A DNA stretch of 49,410 nucleotides from Atractiella rhizophila (Eukaryota). Under the pieces are notes generated by a model that searched no databases, had not been told where the DNA came from, and saw only the letters and a program-made list of their open reading frames with translations. Position 1 is the stretch's first letter; every line of letters starts with the position of its first letter. Below are positions 1-14,807 of this stretch, one piece after another. The stretch lies in contig MU271224.1 in assembly GCA_021432655.1 (NCBI GenBank), positions 87,084 to 136,493 on the forward strand, in the 5' to 3' direction. The position numbers and the translations under genes are program-made.

Positions 1-1597
1 ATTCGCTGAGCACCTCCCCGTCCCCCGTTTGCATACCCATCGTCATCGTGCGAGTCGGCCGTTCACCCATGTGAAGCACCTACCAGTCGTCGCCCATTTA
101 CTAAAGGTCCATAATAAGCGCCTGTTGTCGCGGGTGAGCGTGCTGAAACTGCCCATTATCTGATTATACCCATATATCTGCCTTGTTACTGCCCGTTTCA
201 CTCCTATCAAACAGCTAGCTGCTAATGATACTTAATCGAGGCAAGCATTATACAGAAGAATCCCCAGAACAGGACACTCGCTTCCAGGCACTCAACGGCG
301 CCTAATTCTTCTCTCTCTGCTGTAGCTCTAGAGACTATCGATTGCTAAAGTCAACGGACGGGGACGTAGTGAAAGAGATGTATCGGGCATTGTGGTTCGT
401 GAACGGGAGGAGCTGGAGATGGATGTCAAGCATAAAGTGGCATTGATGGGGCGGATGGCAAATCGGTTGGCTCTTTCTTCAAAGGTTCTCCCATCCGTTT
501 CTACCCAGTCTCATCCGTCAGCAGCATAGTCGTCCTCTTCACTCCCTGTCTTCTCCAGCTTCGTCTGTCCTGTCATCTCATCTCTTTCGCGTTCTGCTCC
601 TGCTCAGACACATTCACAGCAAACTCCGGCGCTTTGTGCCTTGCTTCTGGTCAGTATCGTTACTTGGCTGAAATCCCTTATCCCCGTTGCTGCTTCCATC
701 CGCCTCCATGATCACGTCTTCGCTCGCTTTGTCATTGCAATAATCACTTTTCCTGCTATCTGAAATTGCACACATTCAACATGGAGTCGAAAGTGAATGC
801 AGAGGGATGGAAGATGCCATATCGCAAAGAAGGGGATGGGTGCCACAGAGAGCAGATCTTCTGTCCGTTTCATAAAGAGCCTTCATCATGATAATTTCCA
901 TGCGTCATCCTGTCATCCTTCTACAAAACACCAGGCTCAGAACGAACTATCACACTTCTGCCATATCACATTGTTAATCTGGGTTAAATCGTGAGGGATG
1001 GAGCCACTGGCTGATGATCGCCTGACACTGTCCAGTGCCAAAAGAAACCTTTTCTTCACCAGCTCTTACTATCTCCTGCGCTGCATTAAGCGGAAGAACG
1101 AAGTATGGCAGAGAAGTCTGGCTGCGACAGCCAGTGGTGTCAGATCTCTACGCTCGAGAGGTCGAGACTCCGCTCTTCTTCATTTAGATTCCGCATGGTG
1201 TGGACAAATTACTTGTTCTCTCTGACTGAACGTGGTGAGAGGCGAGATGGAGACCATTTTATCATTGGCAGCATTGACAGTGCGGAAGTACGGCAAGCAC
1301 TCGCACGAACATGAGCTTTTTTGGGCTGACCACAATCCATTGTTCCTGCTCGTTCCTGCCATTCACTCAATGTATCCCTCGAGCGAGCTCAGGGGGATTA
1401 CACGGTGGGGATGGACAAAAAGTTTCCACTGTCTATTGAGCTAGATTGAACCATTGGACAGGTAAAACCTTTTTGTACGAGTGCGAGAGTGGGTGTCTTG
1501 CTTGCTTCATCCTAGTGGCAGTTAAAAGGAGACCCTTGCTGTCCTCATGAACCTCCCCAACGACTGATACAGCAGATCAAGTCAAGGCTAGTAGGAT

Positions 1598-2817
1598 ATG
1601 TCTTCGAACTCCAGTCTTCCCTCACTCTTGGGCGGTTATCCAACGCACGATCCTGACACAGCAGCCTCAGCAGCTTACCTAGGCGGCTATGGACTCTTGT
1701 TTCTGTTCACCTTGTACAGAATCATCAACGTTGAATCCAGGAGCAACTACTACTTTATTTTGATCGCCTTTATTGTCATTCGAACAGCCAGTCTCGTTAT
1801 ACGAATCATCATTGCCGAACACAATAAGCAGGAGTCGACTGGTGTCCTCATAGCGGAGCAAATTCTACTGTCCGCAGGGTATTTAGCTCTGCTCAAAGTG
1901 TTGTCCGACCTCTTCTTTCGCGTGTGTATTGCTGATTGTTTAGTTGCACGACAGACTGATGGAAGTTCACAGTACAAACTCGCGAGCGTGCTGCAACCTG
2001 CTAGCACAGCGAAGGCATCGCAGATAACGATTCCCGTTTGGGGGGATGGCGAAGGTTCTGGTATGACGAAGGAATCGCAAATGACGACTCCTACTTGGGG
2101 AGACACTGGATCCCAGGTGAACCCGCTAATTTTCGATCACGATAGAGCTGAATATCACTAGCAGAAGCTTGCTGGAGGGATGGGCACAACAGCAGGCAGG
2201 AAAGACTTTCATCGGCGAGCTTTGGGTTGGTTATCATTCCAAGCGATTATAGTTGCAGTCACCTGCGCTATCGTCGCTGCGACGAAATACGATCAACCAA
2301 AGGAACGCGATACCGTCAAAACACTGAGGTGCGTTTTGCTGCATTGACTGCATTCCTACTGACGACAGCCTCTTTGCAGAACGGCATCAGCTGTCATAGT
2401 ACTGTCGACTTGCGCAATCATCCTCCTCCTCAGTTTAGCCCTCCTTGTCAAGATGTCTGCCAAGAAGGTGGTCAATTCAAAGACTTCTGCCTTTGTTATT
2501 TTCATCGGAACAGGACTCCTCGTGAGTATTTCCCGCAGACTCTCAAAATGTTGCTCATTGAATGGAAGCTTGTTATTCCCATTTATCGTTTGGTCACTGG
2601 AAGCACTACCGACATATTTTCACGAAAAACGAAGATCGAGCTCTACTTGTTGCAACTGCTTCCCGAATATCTCACGGCCTGCTTACTTGTGCTCTGCAAG
2701 CTGAAGTCGATGTTTGACATGGAGAAAGTTGATGAAGCCGAGAAGGAATGGGTTAAATCCAGATACCCTAATGGAAGAAGAAGGATAGGCAAGTTACTCA
2801 GCGCAGGCTACTTCTAA
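1598..2817 (+). CDS. 7-TM membrane protein, RTA1/DUF3112-like family, paralog A (5 exons: ~1598-1921, 1973-2116, 2162/2165-2328, 2380-2521, 2569-2817)
   Basis: GT-AG introns join the ORF pieces in frame. The product has seven hydrophobic segments, N-terminal SLLGGYPT-x-DTAAS, TM7 LLQLLPE and C-terminal YPNGRRRIGKLLSAGYF. It is colinear with paralogs B and C. The family name is from memory of motif style, not a search. Confidence 0.85.
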
Positions 2818-3505
2818 GAGCCACTTCCCTGACTTTGCAATGAGCGTTTTATTATTGATTTTAATTGCTAGCGGCACAGGGCTGAGGATCTCGACTTTGT
2901 CAGGTTTTTTTCCCGTTGGTGTGAGGACAATGAAATGGCTTTCATACTTTGTTACAACCCGCAACTTGTCTACATAATACAATGAGCAACAGCCTTTAGC
3001 TTGGCGACCATCAATCAATCTTTTTCTTTTTATCGATAGTTCTTAAATCAAGGTGGTCCAATAAACTTGACGTAGTCCTCCCGGCGACGAGTCGACTCTT
3101 TGATGCTTTCTAAAGTGTGCAGCGGACAAAACCTGTCCCCCGTCATAACACCAACACCAATGTGCCAGTCTGCTCTCCCAGATGCAGCGCAACACCAATG
3201 GTAAACACGACGACGAACATGGATGAACAAGCCTCGCTCGAGCTTGCTGCCAAATTTGGACCAACTGTTCGAGCGATCCAGCAGTTGCGGACGGTATTAC
3301 CCTGCAGATACTGCATTTGTTGAAGCATTTTTATCATGAAGCACTTTTGGGGTTGGGAAGAGCTAGCGAGCACCGTGGAGGAGTCCGCTCGAAGACTCAT
3401 GCATGTACTCATGCCTGAAGCGTCCTGGGCGTCATCTTTAAAAGCTTCAGGCAGAGCTCTTTCTGACCCTTCATCCACTTCAGAGGTTACTGATCTCTAC
3501 CGAAA

Positions 3506-4675
3506 ATGTCTTCCAACTCTACTCTTCCTTCGCTACTTGGCGGGTATCCTACAAAGAATCCTGACACTGCTGCGTCAGTTGTCTTCGCCATCGCATTTGG
3601 AATCCTGTTTCCCTTTGCCTTGTATAGATTCATCAACCACGCATCGCGAAGCAAATATCTACTGCTTGTGATCGCTTTCATCATCATTCGAATAGGCAGT
3701 TTCGTCGTGCGGATCATCATTGCGGAGCACAATGGAGAGGAATCTACAGGAGTTATTGTCGCAGAACAGGTTTTGCTCTCCATCGGATATTTGCCGCTCA
3801 TCAAAATCTTCCTCGACCTTTTCTTTCGGGTGAGTGATTTGACCAATGGTTCCACCAGTCCAACTCACAGCGTTGCACTCGCAAAGTATGCGCTCGTCAG
3901 CATGGTTCAGGCATCCCACACCAGCAAGCCACAGACGATGGAACTTCCTAGTTGGAGCAATGGGGGAACGCAGGTAGGTGGTTTGTAGTGCCAACACACA
4001 GTTGCAAATGACTGTAGTACCAGCTTGTGGGAGGTATGAGCGGAGTGGCGAGCAGCAACAAGGACTTTCTCAGAAGAGCTGCTGGCTGGATAGCTACGCA
4101 GGCTATTCAGGCTTCCATCATCTGCGCAATTGTCGCAGCTACAAAGTATAGTGAACCAAACGAACGAAGCACAGTCAAAACGCTTCGGTATGCCCTTCAT
4201 TTTCTTACTGCATTTGAGATTGACTAGGGCCTAGATTCGTATCCTCCCTCTGTGCATTTTTGGTTTTGGCCACTGTGCTCTTCCTTATCCTCATTCTCCT
4301 TGCGTTCATGTCTTCCAATAAATCCTATGGATCAAGGAGGTCAACGATTGTCGTCCTAATTGGATCAGCATTGCTTGTAAGCCACACATGTTTACCCAGC
4401 GCACACGTTGATGTTTTATTCAAAAGGTCGTCATTCCCTCCTACAAACTCGCAACTCAAAACAACACCGATTTGTTCTCGAGAAAGATCAAGGCGGAGCT
4501 CTATTTACTACAAATCCTTCCAGAGCTTTTGACCACCACCCTGCTTTTGCTTTGCAACCTGAAGACCGACTTTGATATGGAGCTGATCGATCAAGAGGAT
4601 GAGCAGTGGATGAATGCAAAATACCCAAATGGAAGAAGCAAAATTCTCAAGCGTTTAGGGGCTGGGTATTTCTGA
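3506..4675 (+). CDS. 7-TM membrane protein, RTA1/DUF3112-like family, paralog B (exons ~3506-3829, 3887-3973, 4018-4187, 4235-4376, 4427-4675)
   Basis: Same intron positions and phases as paralog A. Begins MSSNSTLPSLLGGYPT..DTAAS, contains LLQILPE, ends YPNGRSKILKRLGAGYF. Confidence 0.85.
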
Positions 4676-5579
4676 TAGACTATTTGTTCACCACGGACTG
4701 GAATAAATTTCTAGATATGTCATATTACTTTCCCAATTAACTTCCGGGACTCAATTGATAGTATCACTCGCTTCGGCTGAAAGTGAAACGTTGACGTTGA
4801 CCCGCAAGACACTCAAACTTTTCACCCCACGATAGTTAGGGCTGCACCTTCGTTTGTTGGAAGGTTTGCTTAATGAATTAATGACCCAGTCGCTCTTCGT
4901 CTAACAGACGCTTTAAAGCGTCGGAGTGTGCCAGTTTCCCACATTATTTCAAGGTCTTCCCCACCCTAGAAGCTGAAGTGTCTAATTCAGCAGCACCCTT
5001 GGAGAAATATACAAAATTACTTCAAAAGACAAAATCAACTGTCCACCTCCCAACTTTGGGACACGCGGATAGTTGTACACGGATTCCTCAAGTCCGTTGC
5101 AGAAATACGCGAATTATGAGTGAAATGATTGAGGAATCTTCAGGAGTATTGTGAGGAGCTGTGAGAAATGCAGTCATCCCTTGCCCGCAGTAGATGGGGA
5201 CAGATGGAATAACTTATATTTCAAGCCTCCCAAGCTTCGTTTCAGTAGACGAGAATATACACGGCTCGCAGAGCATAAGTAATGATTGTATATTATCAAA
5301 AGGAGGAATTCACGAATTCACGTCAGTTAACCAAGAAGTAAATTCTTCAATTCTTTTCTACAACTTCATTTACTTCGAAGGGAAACTCACAATCTAGTCT
5401 CAGCCTCCGCCGACTAGAGCCTGCTTGCACAAAGGACAACGCAAAAGACCATACCACGTACTAGTACCGATTGTACTTGATCTCTTTCGTCTTATGCCTG
5501 TGAGACTGCGGTTGGTCTATTGGAAGACAATCATGGCCAAGCGCGTCTTGACCAACAAACGACGATAACATTTCGAGTT

Positions 5580-6753
5580 ATGGCGACCCAACTTCCCCTC
5601 GAACCACAGGTCGCAAGTATGCCTATTGACCCCGGTCCACGCGCAAAATCAACTCTGGAGATGTACGATTTGGCGCTGAAGAAAGTGCTGCAGGTCATCA
5701 AGTCCGCCATCCAGTCTACTCAAGTGTCTCCCTGTCCCGCTAAAGAATATGTGTTAGTGAGAAGAATATGAAGGATGGCCTCTCGCCGTTGAGAGAAGTC
5801 ATGACTGAAAAGCAGCTGGAGGAGTGTGTGCAATTGGTGATTCAAACCCTAGAGCCCACCTTGGAGGCATATGCCAAAGTAAGTCTTTCTTCGCACGCGT
5901 TGGAGTGGTTGTGATGCAGTAGCAAGCTAGAATTGTAATAATTCATTTGCAATGTTTTCAAAATTACTGCCTGTGCACTCGTCTCAAAGATCTTTGCAAG
6001 CTCTTTTCCACATTTGTTGCGCACTGTCTATTCGATCTTGTGGAAACATATTCCATACCGTGTCAGAATACAATGCGGCATATGTGTGCACACTTAACTG
6101 TCAGTAGCAGCTCGCCTGGTAATTCACCAACATTATAATTTTGTTTTATCTTCAATCGTTCACGCATTGACTGTCGCCTTTCATCTCACAGCATCGTTGG
6201 TCTCATCTAATCACCTCACACTCCTACATCGAGAAAAGTAACGCACTGGACGAGCTCATTAAGGAAGCCCGGCAGCGTCAAAAGATGGACAAGAATCCAC
6301 GGACAGTCCTGACTGAGGAAGACATCGGGTCATGGAAGTGCGTGCACCACTCCCTCTCCTCGCACTGAGAACGAAGTAGCGCGACGTTGCTTACATTGCG
6401 GTGTACCTTAGAAAAGTGAGCGACGCGAGGACGACTGTGAGGTGCAGGACGATGCCGACTCTCTTAGACCATCGTGAGAGATTGAGGAAAGTCCGGCAGG
6501 AGGTATGTCCCGCTCCACTTCTCTGTTCATTCTTACCCATTGAATTTCTTAGCGCGAGGCATCAGTCGCTGCTCTGCATGGAGAGATTCTGGACCTTTCA
6601 AAACGACTTTCGACATTACCGAAGGACGTGGGGAAGTCGCTGGATGGGTTGTTGAAACATCTAGAGGGGATGGAGAGTGGACTTGGATCTACTGTGGAGC
6701 GGTTAGAGGGGTTAGTACAGGAAAAGGAGGACGATGATGAGATGGAGCAATGA
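5580..6753 (+). CDS. Nnf1/PMF1-like kinetochore (MIND/Mis12 complex) coiled-coil protein (exons ~5580-5723, 5774-5878, 6192-6337, 6412-6502, 6553-6753)
   Basis: Spliced product contains EKSNALDELIKEARQRQ and ARTTVRCRTMPTLLDHRERLRKVRQE followed by a coiled coil. This resembles the Nnf1 'KLNELD-LI-EA--R ... A-T-P-L' pattern. All junctions are GT-AG and in frame. Confidence 0.55.
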
Positions 6754-7026
6754 TGCTTTTCGCTCTCCTGTTTATTCTGTTGTGTTTCTTGGTTGTACGC
6801 TGTCGGCGGATGCGGTTTGATATAGTTTGTATAAATGTGTTGAGCAATGAAGATGCTGATATGACTGATGTACACTGCAGAAGGAAGTCTAACACAAATC
6901 CAGAAGAAGAACGTTCGACAAAGTAGTTTATGGCGAAAGGAAACTATAATTAATGAAACTAAGGGACTTTAAACTTTTGTAGACAGAAAAAAAAACTGGA
7001 AAGTCGAAGAGGAATGTAGAGAAATC

Positions 7027-11710
<4,684 letters not shown>

Positions 11711-12375
11711 TCATCATGCATCATCAATCATCGAATGTCGTCATCGTCTTCCTTACCTCTAAAAGCCATCCGTTCTTGGCATGAGTCATAAAACGCACTT
11801 TTGAGCGTTCATACCACCTTCAGCAGGCACATTGAAACAAAATGAATTACACCATCTTACTGAACATGCTTGCGCCTTTCTGAATGCGCGAGGAAATTTT
11901 ATTCTGAAAGGGGTAGAAAAATGTGTTGCATACTGGACTCGAACCCTCACAAGAGTCACAGTAGGGTTCAAGGGGCCATGCCCCTTGCGAGTGGGTTGGG
12001 GGGCCTGAGGGACGAAGGCCTCTGACACACTTGTTGCACCAAACAACGAAATGGGATTGATAAGAAACTGGGGGCATGGAGTTCTGGCTGAGTGGGTATG
12101 GAGGTAAAGGTGCCATCCGTGCAAGGAGTGAGTTCTTTGGATTGCAGTAAATTTCTTTCCGCTCTCTTCCAATAACATAATATGCTGCGTTACCAAAAGC
12201 GTTTGTTCTCCAGCCAGTTATACCCATTTTTCTTAGATAAACACTCGCTCTCCTGTCAAGTTTGCAGCCACAGCACCGCGATATTTAAAATCGATGATGC
12301 TGACTACCGCTGCTCACAAGCAAAGAACGCGGTTCTTGTGAAAACATTCTTCAAAATTGCATTTTGTTGAGTTCT

Positions 12376-12427
12376 TGTGTATATCAGAACAACATGACTG
12401 TGTCTATCAGAACAACATGACTGTGTC
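12376..12427. repeat. Short tandem repeat, 23-bp unit tgtgt(a/c)tatcagaacaacatgac, ~2.3 copies
   Basis: Visible directly in the sequence, downstream (3' side) of the transporter gene. Confidence 0.85.
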
Positions 12428-12544
12428 GAAGGAAACGAACTATGAAAGGTATAAGCATTTATAAAATTTCCATTACAACATAGTTAACACATCATGAAAT
12501 GATCTATTTTGCTGATCCAGAGAGGAAGAGGGATTTTAATCGTT

Positions 12545-14476
12545 CTAATCAGCTCGAAGGGTCTCGTCGAGCTCTTTCGACCCCATTTCGATATCTGTTT
12601 CTCCGGTCTGCTCCGACGGCGCCGGCTTCATCCCCAAAAACTTGCACTTCTCAAGCAATGTAAGGCCATATCCCTTCTCCATCTTCTCCAAGCATGGAGC
12701 TTGGAACATAGAGCCGTTCACGAAGCCAAAAATGGTTGGGCCGACGATGAGACAGAAAAAGAGGGCAACTAGACCCGTCATGACGGTCCCAAGCACGCTG
12801 CTTTCGTGTTAGCAACTCTCAAGAGGTTCCTACATAAATGACGTACCGGAAGAAAGGGCTCTCGAATGTGTCGCCTAGGCCGAACGTGAGAAGTGCCATA
12901 CTTCCCAAAGGAAACGTCAAGCTCCACCACCCGATGGAGAATTTGATCCTGCTAATCCTTTCCTTGCCTTCTGTCCCTTCCGCGGTTCCTTTCCCCGTTT
13001 CTTCAACCCCCCACAAAAATCTCGGCACCAAGGTCGCGACCGCGAGAGCGGTCCACCACATTCCAAAACCCCAGAAGAGCAGGCCCAAAACTGCACCAGC
13101 GCCATACATCGCTTTCCCGAGCTCCTGTAGCCCTCCCTCTTTCTCCGCGAACAAGAAAGCTGCAGCTTTACCCAGGCGAAGGAGAGAGAAGCCGGCGTGG
13201 CCACATGGACCTAGCGGGAGGCAAACTGAAAGCAGCAAGGCAGGGCCGGGAAGGTGGTGATAAGCCAGTCGCTGGAAGTAGAGCGTGAGGATGGAATAGG
13301 CGAGCAGGAGACCGATCCCGAGGAGGGAGTAGGCGGTGAGGAGAATCGTCAGTGCGTAGGTCGAACGACCCTCTTCGTGTAAGGTGGGGACTATCCCTGT
13401 AGCTGCCGTTGCTAGAGTGATCGGTGGCACTTTCGCACGAAGTCAGGTTGTGCAGTTCGGTGGAGATGAGAAGACGAACCGACGGGTAGAATCCATAAGG
13501 CGGTCATGCCTTCTGGCTTGAGTGACTGTCGAGTGCTCATGAAGTATGGCACGTAGATCACTGTGAGAGTTGCAATTGTGGCGGAAATCCACCAAAGGGT
13601 CGTGACAGCGGTCGTTTCATGGGGGATGGAATATGACTTCCCCAGTTGATGGAGGCCAATTATGATTGTCCTGTAGCGAAACAGGCTTATGAGAAGAGTC
13701 AGAAGTAGTGAATAACGATGCATGCTTACGTTAAACTAATCTAGAGCAGCCAATAATGAGTTTGGTTTGCAGCAATATCATGGAGGACAGCGCACTGGTA
13801 TCATCTATCCAGGACTTATCAGTTTTTTGTGCGGTAGAGAAAATGAAAGGCTCACCCCAAAGAACATTGTATGCCTCTCGTCTCCTATTAAAACCGGAAC
13901 CAATTTAGGGAACATTGCGTATCTGCAATCCAAAAACCTTCAGCTCTTCTCCACCCAGGACGGGTGATTCTTACCTCACAACCGCGAAGGTGCTGAAGAG
14001 GATGAAAAAGATGATATCTATTATCAGAATGACAGTGGAGATGATTCGCAGGGCTCCTTGTGTGTCATATGGTATATCGTCTACATTTGAGAACTTCAGT
14101 TTCGTTTTGAACAGAAAGGGTCACCATACATAGTAGGTTCGATAATAAGCCGGTGCCCATTATCGCGCTGTCATTAACGTCAATATTTGCCAATGATGGA
14201 GAAAAACGAGATTAGCGAAATCGAAAAATGGCAGCCATGGGCTGATGGCATGAGGTTCCAGCACACAAAGTACTGGTCTCAGGTTTCCTTCGTTTTTGAG
14301 GTATCCTTGATCTGATTCACAGAGCAGAGGAGCTCAAAAAAGTCAACAGCTTAACAAACTTGAATCGAGAAGGTCTGTCACGAAATTACCCACCTGAACC
14401 AACTTGGTGTAAACCTGAGGATTCGATTTCTGATGCCCCATGCAGGCTGGGAAATGTAATACGGAGTACTATCCAT
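12545..14476 (-). CDS. TDT/SLAC1-family anion transporter (SSU1 sulfite efflux / Mae1 C4-dicarboxylate-like); multi-exon with micro-exons
   Basis: Spliced motifs FTPSWFSAIMGTG, MTALWILP.VPPITLATAATG, LPLGPCGHAGF and FSIGWWSLTFPLGS are typical of the family; many TM segments. Confidence 0.88.
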
Positions 14477-14807
14477 CTCTTACGACGTCTAACTCTTGGT
14501 GACTTGTAAACTGAGAGGAGTATGAGAGAAGAGCTCATTTTTATTGTCGTCGCAAATCAACACACATTCAAAACGCGAAGGAAGAAACCGGTTCCAGCAC
14601 TTAACGTGATCGTGACTAAGGCTGAGTGTACTCGTATCGAGGTGGAGAACTCTGAGAAGAGCGAGAGGAGAACGACTTTCACCCCTTCGCCTTTGTTAGT
14701 TAGTCAGGTTGTAAAATTGGATTGGCGGGGAAAGGGGATAGGAGGAAGTGCGGGCCGCGCCTGATCCGCGCAAGGCTCTCTCCTTTGCAGACCCTCTTAC
14801 GTTGCTT

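Noticed and set aside
4907..4922. Perfect 16-bp palindrome gacgctttaaagcgtc
   Set aside because: About one such palindrome is expected by chance in 49 kb, and there is no supporting context.
12376..12427. 23-bp repeat as a CRISPR-like array
   Set aside because: Copies are contiguous without spacers, only ~2 units, in a eukaryotic context.
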